Origin: Thermodesulfobacteriota bacterium
GTDB taxonomy: Bacteria; Desulfobacterota_D; UBA1144; Nemesobacterales; CSP1-2
Reading direction: 5' to 3'
Assembly (NCBI GenBank): GCA_049682815.1
Contig: JBAUII010000078.1
Location: 37,763 to 101,762, forward strand
DNA: 64,000 nt
A model generated the notes under the pieces. That model was not told where the DNA came from and did not search any database. It was given only the letters and a program-made list of their open reading frames with translations. Both the position numbers and the translations under genes were made by a program. Positions 36,596-47,247 of the stretch are shown here, piece by piece. The first letter of the stretch is position 1, and the number at the start of each line of letters is the position of its first letter.

Positions 36596-37506
36596 ACGGA
36601 ATATTGCTTATAGACAAGCCCAAGGGCAAGACGTCACACGTTATTGTGCGCGATATAAAGAAGATTTTGAAAGCGAGGCGTGCGGGCCACACGGGCACGC
36701 TTGACCCATTCGCCACCGGGGTTCTTCCGGTATGTTTGAATAATGCAACAAAAGTCATTCCATTTCTAGATGAAACTTATAAAGAGTATGAAGCTACCTT
36801 GAAACTCGGTGTAACGACTGACACCATGGATGAGACAGGGGAGATAACCAATGTGAAGGAGCTAGATGAAATAAGTCTAAACGATATTGAGATTGCTCTC
36901 GCCTTTGTTAAAAATGAACCAATGCAGTTACCGCCGATGTATTCAGCCCTGAAACAGAGAGGTAGGAGATTATATGAACTGGCGAGAAATGGCATCGAGG
37001 CGCAGAGGTCTCTTCGTGCGGTTAAGGTAGCGGAACTAAGAATTTTGGACTTTCGGTCCCCGTTACTGAAATTTTTTGTCAAATGTTCTCGAGGTACTTA
37101 CGTGAGAGTCCTAGCTCAAGACATTGGGAGCAAATTAGGATACGGGGGCCATCTGGTTGATCTTAGAAGATTAAAGAGCGGAAATTTCAAGATTGAAGAT
37201 ACAATTAGGATAGAGGAAATAATGCGTGGAGAGTTAAATCTCATACCAATAGACAGGGCTCTTTCCCACCTTAAGCAAGTATATGTGACGAAGAATACGT
37301 CCATTAGAATCAGAAATGGTGAACAGGTTCGTAAATCTTATCTTGATTTGTCGAACATCCCTGAGTTTGAAGCAGGTGAAAGGTTAGCGTTTTATGACAA
37401 TATTGATCTTATCTCTGTCTCGCAGGCCAGATTTAGTTCTCATGATTTCAACAAAATTGAGGATAGGCAGATTATCTTCAGTCATTTGAGGGTTTTTAAT
37501 TCATAG
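36592..37506 (+). CDS. truB: tRNA pseudouridine(55) synthase TruB
   Basis: GHTGTLDPFATGVLPVC catalytic motif with a C-terminal PUA-like region. Confidence 0.9.
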   Translation: MNGILLIDKPKGKTSHVIVRDIKKILKARRAGHTGTLDPFATGVLPVCLNNATKVIPFLDETYKEYEATLKLGVTTDTMDETGEITNVKELDEISLNDIEIALAFVKNEPMQLPPMYSALKQRGRRLYELARNGIEAQRSLRAVKVAELRILDFRSPLLKFFVKCSRGTYVRVLAQDIGSKLGYGGHLVDLRRLKSGNFKIEDTIRIEEIMRGELNLIPIDRALSHLKQVYVTKNTSIRIRNGEQVRKSYLDLSNIPEFEAGERLAFYDNIDLISVSQARFSSHDFNKIEDRQIIFSHLRVFNS

Positions 37507-37592
37507 ATTCAATTTGACTATTCTATAATATTAGTAAGATTATTTGTCAATAATTAACCTTGTTCAGAGAATATGTATTAAGGAGAGCGAAT

Positions 37593-37862
37593 ATGGTGTT
37601 AGAGAAAGAGGAAAAATTGAGTTTGATTAATAACTTTGGTTTACACGACAAAGACGTAGGGTCGTCTGAGGTACAGATTGCTTTATTGACAAGTCGAATA
37701 AACGGACTCTCAAGTCACCTGCAATCCGCATCAAAGGACTTAAGTTCGAGACGGGGGCTGATCGCTCTCGTTGCAAAACGTAGAAAATTGCTCAATTACC
37801 TGAAGAAGACGCAACCGGAGAAATACCAGGCTCTAATTGAAAAGCTCGGATTAAGAAAGTAA
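37593..37862 (+). CDS. rpsO: 30S ribosomal protein S15
   Basis: Start assigned to the ATG after the AGGAGAG RBS, giving 89 aa. S15 signature (GSSEVQIALLTSRINGLSSHL). Confidence 0.9.
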   Translation: MVLEKEEKLSLINNFGLHDKDVGSSEVQIALLTSRINGLSSHLQSASKDLSSRRGLIALVAKRRKLLNYLKKTQPEKYQALIEKLGLRK

Positions 37863-37883
37863 GTAACTTCAAGGAGGAACTAG

Positions 37884-40001
37884 TTGAATATTGGTTTTAA
37901 GAGTGTTAAAAAGCAGGTTCTGGGAAAGGATTTCGAAATCGAGGCTGGAAGGCTTGCGAAACAGGCTAATGGAGCTGTTTTAGTTCGCCATGGGGATATC
38001 GTGATCCTGGCTACGGTGGTAGCCGAGGAGGACCGGGTCGAAGGGGAAGATTTTCTACCGTTAACCATAAATTATCAGGAAAAATCTTATGCTGCCGGTA
38101 GAATCCCTGGAGGTTATTTTCGAAGGGAAGGAAGGCCGAGTGAGACCGAGATCCTGATTTCAAGACTAATCGATAGACCGATAAGACCACTTATACCAAA
38201 AGAATTCTGTTATGAGACTCAGATGATTGTTACAGTGCTTTCGGCAGATCCCGAAAATACCCCCGACGTACTGTCTGTCACGGCAGCATCGGCTGCACTC
38301 GTAGTGTCGGACGTGCCCTTCGACGGGCCGATTGCTGCGGTCAGAGTTGGAAGGATAGGGGGCGAGTTTATTTGCAATCCAACAAGATCTGAACTTCAGC
38401 AAAGCGATATAGACATCGTAGTCGCGGGTACAAGCAAAGCAATTGTGATGGTTGAGGGTGGCGCCGATCAAGTGGCAGAAGCTGAAATAGTTGAAGCACT
38501 TATGTTTGCCCATGAGCGCGTAAAAGAATTTATCGAGATTCAAGAAGAATTCGTAACTGGATTGGATATAAGAAAGAGGGAAGCACCTATATCGGCTGTA
38601 ACTGAATCGATCAACGAGGGTGTACTATCGCTTGTCAAAAATCGGCTGGGCGATTCTTTAGTATCTGCGTCAAAGATTGAAAGGAACGAGAAAATAAAAT
38701 CTATACTTCGCGAGACGATTGAAGCTTTATCTCCTGACTTTCCGGGAATGGAAAATGAGATAACGAATGCCTTTGAGAAAGTGTTAAAAGGCATTGTCAG
38801 AGAATTTATAGTAAGGGACGAAAAGAGAGTAGATGGCAGAAGGTATGAAGATATTAGGGATATAAGTGCGGAAATAAATTTTTTGCCCCGTGCACATGGA
38901 TCGGCCCTATTCACTAGAGGTGAAACTCAAGCCGTAGTCAGTACTACCTTAGGCACGGCCTATGATGAGCAGAGGATAGATTCGCTGGAAGGCGATTTAA
39001 CTAAAAGGTTCATGCTCCATTATAACTTTCTTCCTTTTAGCGTGGGAGAGATTAGTGGAAGGCTAGGACCCGGGAGAAGGGAGATTGGTCATGGAGCCCT
39101 CGCCGAAAGGGCTCTTTTGCCGGTTCTTCCGCCAAAGGATAAATTCCCATACACCATAAGAGTGGTATCCGAGATACTTGAATCAAACGGATCATCGTCT
39201 ATGGCTACCGTTTGTGGGGCGTCGCTATCGCTCCTCGATGCAGGTGTCCCCCTCAGCACGCCTGTCAGTGGTATCGCAATGGGATTGATTAAGGAAGGTG
39301 ACCAATTTGCGATCCTCTCTGACATACTGGGTGATGAAGATCATCTAGGAGACATGGATTTTAAGGTAGCGGGAACTAAAGATGGTGTGACCGCACTTCA
39401 GATGGACATTAAGGTCACGGGTGTCGCAAAAGAAATTTTAGTAGATGCGCTGAAGCAGGCCAAAGAAGCGAGACTGTTCGTGTTAAGTAAGATGAATGAA
39501 GTGCTCTCCGAGCCAAGAGACCATATATCGGTCTACGCTCCCAGAATTCTAACATTTCAGATCAATCCAGAAAAGATAAAGGACGTGATCGGCCCCAGTG
39601 GTAAAATGATAAAGAAAATAATCGAAATAACTGGTGCTAGCATTGATATCGATGATTCGGGGACTGTTAGCGTTTCATCTACAGATCCAGAGGGATGCGA
39701 AATTGCGGAAAGGATGATAAAAGAAATTATACAAGAAATTGAAGTTGGTAAGATATATCTTGGTAGAGTAAAACGTGTTCTTGATTTCGGGGCCATAGTT
39801 GAATTGTCACACGGTAAGGACGGATTGGTTCATATTTCGCAACTTGCGCCTACAAGGGTTGGCAAGGTTACAGATATTGTTGTAGAGGGTGATGAAATAC
39901 TTGTGAAATGCATCGGCAAGGATGATGACGGCAGGATAAGACTTAGCAGAAAGGAAGCATTGGGAGAAAATATAGAAAACTACAAAGGGACTTTTAATTA
40001 A
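37884..40001 (+). CDS. pnp: Polyribonucleotide nucleotidyltransferase (PNPase)
   Basis: Two RNase PH domains, KH and S1 domains; 705 aa. Confidence 0.95.
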   Translation: MNIGFKSVKKQVLGKDFEIEAGRLAKQANGAVLVRHGDIVILATVVAEEDRVEGEDFLPLTINYQEKSYAAGRIPGGYFRREGRPSETEILISRLIDRPIRPLIPKEFCYETQMIVTVLSADPENTPDVLSVTAASAALVVSDVPFDGPIAAVRVGRIGGEFICNPTRSELQQSDIDIVVAGTSKAIVMVEGGADQVAEAEIVEALMFAHERVKEFIEIQEEFVTGLDIRKREAPISAVTESINEGVLSLVKNRLGDSLVSASKIERNEKIKSILRETIEALSPDFPGMENEITNAFEKVLKGIVREFIVRDEKRVDGRRYEDIRDISAEINFLPRAHGSALFTRGETQAVVSTTLGTAYDEQRIDSLEGDLTKRFMLHYNFLPFSVGEISGRLGPGRREIGHGALAERALLPVLPPKDKFPYTIRVVSEILESNGSSSMATVCGASLSLLDAGVPLSTPVSGIAMGLIKEGDQFAILSDILGDEDHLGDMDFKVAGTKDGVTALQMDIKVTGVAKEILVDALKQAKEARLFVLSKMNEVLSEPRDHISVYAPRILTFQINPEKIKDVIGPSGKMIKKIIEITGASIDIDDSGTVSVSSTDPEGCEIAERMIKEIIQEIEVGKIYLGRVKRVLDFGAIVELSHGKDGLVHISQLAPTRVGKVTDIVVEGDEILVKCIGKDDDGRIRLSRKEALGENIENYKGTFN

Positions 40002-40057
40002 GCAATCACGAATTTAATCTTACGATAAATTAGAAACTAAATTGACCTCAAACATCA

Positions 40058-40993
40058 GTGACAAGCATCAAACCCAGGCTGCTGGTAATATTGGGTCCCA
40101 CCGCAATAGGTAAGAGCAGTCTTGCCGTAGAGATCGCCAGGAGAATAAACGGAGAGATCTTAAGTGCTGACTCTCTGCAGGTATATCGCTACTTAGATAT
40201 AGGAACAGCTAAGCCGAGCAAAGAAGAGCAAACCCAGGTTGATCACCACCTCATCGATATTATAGATCCAGACGAGGAATTTAACGCCGGATTGTTTAGA
40301 CAACACGCAAATTCAGTAATTCGCAAACTGACAAAAAATAGGACTAAACTTATTGTAGTGGGGGGCACATATCTATATGTCAGAGTGCTTCTCCACGGCC
40401 TGATTGCTGGTGCCGCTGGAAACAAAGAAATAAGGGATAGATTCAGGGTTCTAAAATCTTCTTTTGGTGTAAGATATTTTTATGAGAAACTAAAATCGCT
40501 CGATCCAGAGTCAGCTTTGGGAATTCACTCGAATGATTATGTGAGGATCGAACGCGCCCTGGAATCTTATTACCTAACCGGGGAGAAGATTTCGACTCTA
40601 CAGAAAAAGCATGGATTTCGGGATAATGAATACAGTTATCTGAAGATAGGTCTTTATGACGAAAGGGATGCGATAAGAAGGAGGATAGAAGACAGGGTAG
40701 ACTCGATGATCAGAAATGGGTTTATCGAAGAAGTAAAAAAGATTCGAAGTATGGGATTTATACCTACTTTGAAGCCATTGCAGTCGATAGGTTATAGGCA
40801 GGTAAACCAGTATCTTGACAATAAAATTTCTCTTAACACGGCAATAGAGCTCACAAAGCGTGACACCAAGAGGCTTGCAAAACGCCAGATGACATGGCTT
40901 AAAAGTGACAAGGAGATTAGTTGGTATCGTCTTCCCGAAGATTTGGGAGGATTGATGAATGAGGTGGGGGCCTTTTATAGAATAAAGGGTTAA
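40058..40993 (+). CDS. miaA: tRNA dimethylallyltransferase MiaA
   Basis: P-loop GPTAIGKSSLA and the SADSLQVYR motif. Confidence 0.9.
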   Translation: MTSIKPRLLVILGPTAIGKSSLAVEIARRINGEILSADSLQVYRYLDIGTAKPSKEEQTQVDHHLIDIIDPDEEFNAGLFRQHANSVIRKLTKNRTKLIVVGGTYLYVRVLLHGLIAGAAGNKEIRDRFRVLKSSFGVRYFYEKLKSLDPESALGIHSNDYVRIERALESYYLTGEKISTLQKKHGFRDNEYSYLKIGLYDERDAIRRRIEDRVDSMIRNGFIEEVKKIRSMGFIPTLKPLQSIGYRQVNQYLDNKISLNTAIELTKRDTKRLAKRQMTWLKSDKEISWYRLPEDLGGLMNEVGAFYRIKG

Positions 40994-41065
40994 GATTCAA
41001 AAATGAATAACTGAAAAAATATCTATCTTCGTCTTGTTGTGACAGATAATCTTTGGTTTTATCAC

Positions 41066-41425
41066 TTACTTTCCCAATATCATTTTTATTGAAACTATAA
41101 GCAGCAATACACCGAATAACCTCTTTAGGGTTAGGTCGGGGATATACGTAGCGAATTTCGCTCCCAAATAAGCTGCTCCAACAAAACCCAAAGCGATGAA
41201 TACTGCCATACGTAAATTAACGTTTCCTTCATTGTGGTATTTTATGGCTGCGAACAATAGAAGAGGAGGAGTAAGAACTGCAAGGGAAGTTCCCTGTGCC
41301 TCGTGTTGACTAAGATGAAAGAAATATACCATTGCGGGGATCATGACGAGTCCACCGCCGATTCCGAAAAACCCGCTTGCAATTCCAGCAGCAAAGCCAA
41401 TTAATATTGAACCCAAATCTATCAT
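41066..41425 (-). CDS. Half-size (4-TM) TSUP/TauE-SafE (DUF81) family membrane protein
   Basis: A GGAGGA RBS precedes the ATG at 41425 (MIDLGSILIG...). Only one 4-TM repeat is present, and the flanking sequence has no room for the second. Confidence 0.5.
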   Translation of the reverse strand: MIDLGSILIGFAAGIASGFFGIGGGLVMIPAMVYFFHLSQHEAQGTSLAVLTPPLLLFAAIKYHNEGNVNLRMAVFIALGFVGAAYLGAKFATYIPDLTLKRLFGVLLLIVSIKMILGK

Positions 41426-41571
41426 CTCATGATCCTCCGCGAAAATTTCTTGCTGACCAACCAAGCAGAAAAGGTGACAAGATCTGTCTCACGATTCATT
41501 TCAAACTTGCCTAAGTAAACCAGAACAGATCAACGAATTCTCATCAATACGAAAGTGATGCTGCGTTTAGG

Positions 41572-42207
41572 CTAGAACGTAAAATTGTTCGCCGAAAAAC
41601 CTGTTAAGACTTCTTGATAAATTTTCTCTGCCTCGGCACGTTTTCCCTGTTTTTCCAATGCCAAAGCCAAAAGTAGTTGAGCCTGTTTCGCGTAAGGGCT
41701 TTCATCTGAGTTGAGCTTAGAAAAGGAATCAATTGCGGGTTGCCAGCTACCTTTTTTGAAGTTGGCAACACCTATCGTATAGTTCGCCGCATCTTTCAAT
41801 ATGGTATCGGTATTTTCGATGCTCAAAAATTCATTTAGTCTGAGAATGGCTTCATCATACTTTCGATTTTCGAAATTTATGAGTCCAGTATAGTAGAGGG
41901 CTATGTCAGATATCTTTGAATCGGGATAATTATCCATAATGTTTGTAAATTCAGATAGAGCCGTCTCGGTGTTCCCAGCGGTGTAATGCCCAATAGCTGT
42001 CTGAAACTTGGAATTAGCCTCTAGATCCTGCTTTTCACGATAAACGCTGACAGAGAATATGGCCAATATGATTATTATGGCGACGCCAACACCGATGACA
42101 AATTTGACGTAGTAATCCGATATGAATTCGACTATACTTGAGATGGATTTTCTAAATTCGTCAGGGCTTTTTATTTCTTTCCTAGTGAATTTTACCTTTT
42201 TAGCCAT
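41572..42207 (-). CDS. Membrane-anchored tetratricopeptide-repeat protein (YfgM-like)
   Basis: N-terminal TM helix followed by TPR-like helical repeats. Confidence 0.55.
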   Translation of the reverse strand: MAKKVKFTRKEIKSPDEFRKSISSIVEFISDYYVKFVIGVGVAIIIILAIFSVSVYREKQDLEANSKFQTAIGHYTAGNTETALSEFTNIMDNYPDSKISDIALYYTGLINFENRKYDEAILRLNEFLSIENTDTILKDAANYTIGVANFKKGSWQPAIDSFSKLNSDESPYAKQAQLLLALALEKQGKRAEAEKIYQEVLTGFSANNFTF

Positions 42208-42349
42208 CCGTGAAATTATAATAACTACAGAATAAAAAACAAGCTGGATTCCTATTTAGATTTTTGGTTTTATCACGGTAAGTTAAGTGCGATCAGTCAA
42301 TTTGCAGTTTTCATATTAGAAAGCTACAATATCATTAGGAACCTTCAAT

Positions 42350-43693
42350 ATGGTAGCTAATCTATTGTTGATTTTTTTTTCACACATTCTCATCTCCGGG
42401 ATCAATCCCGCCCTTTCGGATTCGGATGTTAAAAGCGTAAAGAGAATAACATTGATTGAAATCGACGGAACAATAAATCCTGCTACGGTTGATTATATTC
42501 GATCCGGTATGGAAAGCGCTAAGGAAAACTCGTCCGAAGCGTTGATCATTCTCCTTGATACACCTGGCGGACTCCTCACTTCTACGAAAGAGATAGTAAA
42601 AACCCTCTTAAATTCAACAGTACCTATAATAGTCTATGTTTATCCGAGCGGCGCTACGGCAACTTCTGCAGGTGTTTTTATAACGTTGTCGGCCAACATA
42701 GCGGCGATGGCAGACGGCACAAGTATAGGTGCGGCTGCACCTGTAGTGTTGGGTCCTGGTGGAGGCGGCCCGAAGAGTAAGGATGAGGACAAGGAAAAAA
42801 ACGGAAATGATAAAAAGATGAGTGAGAAAATAGAGAATTTCGCCTCGTCGTTTATCGAAAGTATAGCAGAGAAACGTGGTAGAAATGTTAAATGGGCGAT
42901 AGATGCGGTAAGAAATAGCGCTTCGATAACCGCAACTGAGGCACTCAAGAAAAATGTCATCGACCTGATCTCTCCAAATTTAAATGAATTGATTAATGAG
43001 CTTGATGGGAGAGAGGTTACTCTCCCAACGGGAAAAAAGATATTAAATACAAAAGGGGCAATGGTAGACAGGGTTAATATGAATGCCAAGCAGAGATTAG
43101 TCGATATACTAAGTACTCCGGATATCGCTTTTCTACTCATTTCCCTGGGCTCGCTTGGCTTATTTATAGAATTTTATAATCCAGGTTTGATCTTTCCGGG
43201 GGTAGCGGGGGCGATATGTCTGTTACTAGGTCTTGTCTCTCTTCAAATTCTTCCATTCAATTACGCGGGCCTGGCTCTGCTGACACTATCGATCTTACTG
43301 TTCATTACCGAGGTATATGTCACGAGCTACGGGTTACTTGCTATTGGAGGTATCTTGAGCTTTATCCTCGGAGCCCTGCTGCTTTTTGATACTCCTGAAT
43401 CTGATGTGAGAGTCGGATTTAATGTAGTCATTGCAGCGGTCCTAGCAATTGGTCTTTTCTTCACTTTCGTAGCATACCATTTGGTTAAATCCCAGCGTGC
43501 CGCCATATCTCTTGGTTTTGAGGGTCTTATGGGAGAAATCGGAGTGGCGGTTACGAGTATCGAAAATAAAGGTAAGATATTTATTCATGGTGAATATTGG
43601 GATGCGGAGAGTGATGAGATAATAAGGGAGGGGGAGAAGGTAAAGGTTGTCGAACAGATTGGCGGATTCAAACTAAGAGTAAAGAAAGTGTAA
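42350..43693 (+). CDS. NfeD-family membrane-bound ClpP-class serine protease (long form with C-terminal OB domain)
   Basis: ClpP-like fold ([18 protein letters not shown]), central TM helices and a C-terminal beta domain. It lies upstream of a stomatin gene. Confidence 0.8.
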   Translation: MVANLLLIFFSHILISGINPALSDSDVKSVKRITLIEIDGTINPATVDYIRSGMESAKENSSEALIILLDTPGGLLTSTKEIVKTLLNSTVPIIVYVYPSGATATSAGVFITLSANIAAMADGTSIGAAAPVVLGPGGGGPKSKDEDKEKNGNDKKMSEKIENFASSFIESIAEKRGRNVKWAIDAVRNSASITATEALKKNVIDLISPNLNELINELDGREVTLPTGKKILNTKGAMVDRVNMNAKQRLVDILSTPDIAFLLISLGSLGLFIEFYNPGLIFPGVAGAICLLLGLVSLQILPFNYAGLALLTLSILLFITEVYVTSYGLLAIGGILSFILGALLLFDTPESDVRVGFNVVIAAVLAIGLFFTFVAYHLVKSQRAAISLGFEGLMGEIGVAVTSIENKGKIFIHGEYWDAESDEIIREGEKVKVVEQIGGFKLRVKKV

Positions 43694-43715
43694 GTATTTT
43701 CTTGAGGAGGTACCC

Positions 43716-44468
43716 ATGACACCTATTTTTATTTTTGTTGCATTTATTGTGCTGTTTTTTCTTTCAGGAATCAGAATTCTGAATGAATATGAACGAGGCG
43801 TCGTATTTAGGCTTGGTAGGGTTATAGAGCCAAAAATGCCCGGTTTTAGATGGATTATCCCTGGTGTAGATAAGATGTTGAAGATTAGTCTCCGGATAAT
43901 CACGATGGACGTTCCCCCCCAGGATATAATAACGAGGGATAACGTTTCCGTTAAGGTTAATGCGGTAGTATATTTTCGTGTTATTGACCCCGTTAAAGCG
44001 GTAATTCAGGTCGAAAATTACCTCTATGCGACTTCACAGCTTTCCCAAACTACATTGAGAAGCATATTGGGACAGGTTGAATTAGACGAACTCCTGTCAG
44101 AAAGGGAAAAATTAAATGTGCAGCTCCAAGAGGTATTGGATAAGCACACCGATCCATGGGGTATAAAGGTGACGCTTGTTGAGGTGAAATACGTTGACCT
44201 TCCACAGGAGATGCAGCGTGCAATAGCCGGCCAGGCCATAGCTGAGAGAGAAAGAAGGGCCAAGGTTATTAATGCAGAAGGTGAATATCAGGCAGCAACA
44301 AAACTTTCAAATGCTGCTGATATTCTAGCAAAGAGCCCTATGGCGCTACAGCTTAGATTCCTCCAGACCTTAGTTGAAGTTTCGTCCGAAAAGAGCTCAA
44401 CGATAGTATTTCCATTGCCACTGGATCTTTTAAAGCCGTTTTACGAAAAGGCTTCACGAAGTGAATGA
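43716..44468 (+). CDS. SPFH/band-7 (stomatin-like) protein
   Basis: N-terminal TM followed by an SPFH domain ([10 protein letters not shown]...YFRVIDP). Confidence 0.85.
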   Translation: MTPIFIFVAFIVLFFLSGIRILNEYERGVVFRLGRVIEPKMPGFRWIIPGVDKMLKISLRIITMDVPPQDIITRDNVSVKVNAVVYFRVIDPVKAVIQVENYLYATSQLSQTTLRSILGQVELDELLSEREKLNVQLQEVLDKHTDPWGIKVTLVEVKYVDLPQEMQRAIAGQAIAERERRAKVINAEGEYQAATKLSNAADILAKSPMALQLRFLQTLVEVSSEKSSTIVFPLPLDLLKPFYEKASRSE

Positions 44469-44505
44469 GTCTTAGGCCTCATACTAAACTAACCAAGCTA
44501 TCGAA

Positions 44506-46167
44506 ATGAAAAAGAATTTGATCATTCTGATCTTGCCCTTTTTTATACCCCTTTTTCTAACCTCATGTAAGAGTGGAAGTGATCGGTCTGAATCGAAGGG
44601 TGACAAAGTCCAGGTTAGTGCGGAAACAGAACCATTTGAAGGTGATTGGCTGATCTATCATATCGGTGCAGAGCCCGCAACGCTGAATCCGATTACCGCT
44701 ACAGACGTATATGAGTCGATGATTAATAGTGGAAATATCTATGAGACACTTGTAAAAAGGGATAATGCAGCCCTTGACATAGTTCCACTCCTTGCAGAAT
44801 CTTGGAAGATTTCCGATGATAAACTCACCTACACGTTTTATATTAGAAAGGGAATAAAATGGCAGGATGGCATTCCATTCACATCGCAAGATGTAGTTTT
44901 CTCCTACTCAAAAATAATGGATCCTCAAGTCGATGCCCCCCACCTCAGAAACTACTATAAGGATATCAAGAGCGTAGAGGCAGTCGATGAGCTGACGGTT
45001 AAATTTACATATTCAAGGCCTTACTTCCTCGCACTCGAGTTCTGCGGAGGTATGCCAATTGTGCCAAAGCATATATTCGAAAAGGGTGATTTTAATACTA
45101 ACGAAGCCGGGCGACATCCGGTTGGAACAGGACCATACAAGTTTGTCAACTGGAACACAGGCAGGGAAATCGTATTGCAAAAGAATCACGCTTACTGGGG
45201 GGAAAAACCTCATCTTGACAGGATTGTTTTTAGGATAATTAATGATCCGACTGTCGCCTTTCAGGTTTTAAAAAGAGAGGAGCTGGACTTAATGGCTCTT
45301 ACGCCCATACAGTGGTCGAGGCAGAGCGATTCAGAAAATTTCAAAAGAAAGTTCGATAAGTTAAGCTATTTTACCCCTAACTATAGTTACATCGGATGGA
45401 ATACTAGACGGCCTTATTTCTCCGATACGCGAGTTCGCATCGCAATGTCTCATCTGGTAAATAGGGAACTAATACTTGAGAAGATCTTATTTAATCTTGG
45501 TACGATAGTTACTAATCCCTTCTTTATTAATAGCCCGGAATATGACAAAACAATAGAGCCATATAGCTACGATCCCGTAAAGGCAAAAGCACTTTTAGAT
45601 CAGGCTGGTTGGGTCGATCACAACGGGGACGGAATCAGAGATAAAGATGGTGTGAAATTTGAATTTGAATTCCTCATCCCAAATGGCTCCGAAACAGGTG
45701 ATAAGATTTCTACGATACTGAAAGAGGAGCTCGATAAGGTCGGAATACTTATGAATATCCGAAACACCGAGTGGGCTGTTTTTACAACGCGTCTCAATGA
45801 GAGAAAATTTGATGCGGTGACGCTTGGTTGGTCGATGGGGGTTGAGACTGATCCATATCAGATCTGGCATTCTTCTCAGCTCGAGCAAGGTTCTAATTTT
45901 GTCGGATTTACCAACAAAGAGGCTGACAGATTAATTGATGAGGCTAGGACGGAATTTGATAGGAATAAGCGAATTGAGCTCTACAGAAAATTTTCCAAAA
46001 TAGTACACGAAGAGCAACCTTACACCTTTCTCTTTTGTCGAAAGTCAACCGTAGCATTAAACAAGAGATTCAAAGGTGTGGTAGTCTATCCACTCGGTTT
46101 AGAGCCACGCGAGTGGTTTGTTCCACCGCCATTGAGAAAATACGAGCAAGCGGCATTGAGTCCCTGA
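44506..46167 (+). CDS. ABC transporter substrate-binding lipoprotein, family 5 (peptide/nickel, Dpp/Opp/Nik-like)
   Basis: Lipobox LFLTSCKSG; 553-aa SBP_bac_5-like. Confidence 0.85.
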   Translation: MKKNLIILILPFFIPLFLTSCKSGSDRSESKGDKVQVSAETEPFEGDWLIYHIGAEPATLNPITATDVYESMINSGNIYETLVKRDNAALDIVPLLAESWKISDDKLTYTFYIRKGIKWQDGIPFTSQDVVFSYSKIMDPQVDAPHLRNYYKDIKSVEAVDELTVKFTYSRPYFLALEFCGGMPIVPKHIFEKGDFNTNEAGRHPVGTGPYKFVNWNTGREIVLQKNHAYWGEKPHLDRIVFRIINDPTVAFQVLKREELDLMALTPIQWSRQSDSENFKRKFDKLSYFTPNYSYIGWNTRRPYFSDTRVRIAMSHLVNRELILEKILFNLGTIVTNPFFINSPEYDKTIEPYSYDPVKAKALLDQAGWVDHNGDGIRDKDGVKFEFEFLIPNGSETGDKISTILKEELDKVGILMNIRNTEWAVFTTRLNERKFDAVTLGWSMGVETDPYQIWHSSQLEQGSNFVGFTNKEADRLIDEARTEFDRNKRIELYRKFSKIVHEEQPYTFLFCRKSTVALNKRFKGVVVYPLGLEPREWFVPPPLRKYEQAALSP

Positions 46168-46245
46168 CCCCATAAATTTTTAATTTTCGGATTATCAATT
46201 TAAAACTATTATTATGACTGGTTATTTTACACCATAGGTTAAATC

Positions 46246-47247
46246 ATGAGAGACTATTTAATTAAGCGGTTGATTCTGTTAGTGCCAACGCTTTTAGGGA
46301 TCAGTTTAATCACATTTTTAGTTATTCAGCTTGCCCCCGGAAGCCCGGTCGAAAGAAAATTACAGCTTGAAGAGGGGATAAAAGCAGAATCCATTACAAA
46401 GGACATCATAGAACAGACCAAGAAATTGTACGGTCTAGATAAACCAATATACATTCGTTATTGGATATGGCTACGTCAAATAGCCACGTTGAATTTCGGC
46501 CGATCTTATAAGGATCATCGTCCTGTAGTCGATAAGATAGCCGAGAGACTCCCGGTCACTCTTTCGCTAAATATCATTTCGATCATACTCGTTTATACGA
46601 TTGCTATTCCCCTGGGTGTTATTTCGGCAATTAGACAGGGAAGGTTTTCAGATCGAATTATAACCTTTTGCTTATTTGCTCTTTATTCGATCCCAAATTT
46701 TTGGCTTGCGATGGTCTTGATATACTTCCTGGGAGGTGGGGACTTTTGGGATGTCTTTCCCGTGTACGGGATAATTTCACCCGGCGCAGAATTTTATCCA
46801 TTTTATAAAATTGCCCTAAATTTTCTCTGGCATATTACATTGCCCGTGGTTTGCCTGACATATGCGGACTTCGCATATCTTTCGAGGTATCAAAAAGGGA
46901 GTTTGCTTGAGGTACTTCGTGAGGACTTCGTGAGGACTGCTAGGGCTAAAGGTCTATCTGAATCCAGAGTGATACTGAAGCACGCGCTTAGAAACTCCTT
47001 AATACCCATTGTTACGATAGTTGCGTCCATTCTTCCCGCGATGATTGGCGGTAGCGTTATAATTGAAAGCATATTCTCTATCCCCGGGATTGGACAGTTG
47101 GGTTTCGAATCAATTCTCTCGAGAGACTATCCCGTGATCATGGCGATCGCAACAATAACGGCATTTCTCACACTGATTGGAATCCTTATATCGGATATAG
47201 CCTATGTATTTGTTGACCCCAGAATAAGCTTTGAAGGTAAAAGATGA
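46246..47247 (+). CDS. ABC transporter permease (DppB/OppB-like)
   Basis: Polytopic, with an EAA-like loop and operon context. Confidence 0.85.
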   Translation: MRDYLIKRLILLVPTLLGISLITFLVIQLAPGSPVERKLQLEEGIKAESITKDIIEQTKKLYGLDKPIYIRYWIWLRQIATLNFGRSYKDHRPVVDKIAERLPVTLSLNIISIILVYTIAIPLGVISAIRQGRFSDRIITFCLFALYSIPNFWLAMVLIYFLGGGDFWDVFPVYGIISPGAEFYPFYKIALNFLWHITLPVVCLTYADFAYLSRYQKGSLLEVLREDFVRTARAKGLSESRVILKHALRNSLIPIVTIVASILPAMIGGSVIIESIFSIPGIGQLGFESILSRDYPVIMAIATITAFLTLIGILISDIAYVFVDPRISFEGKR

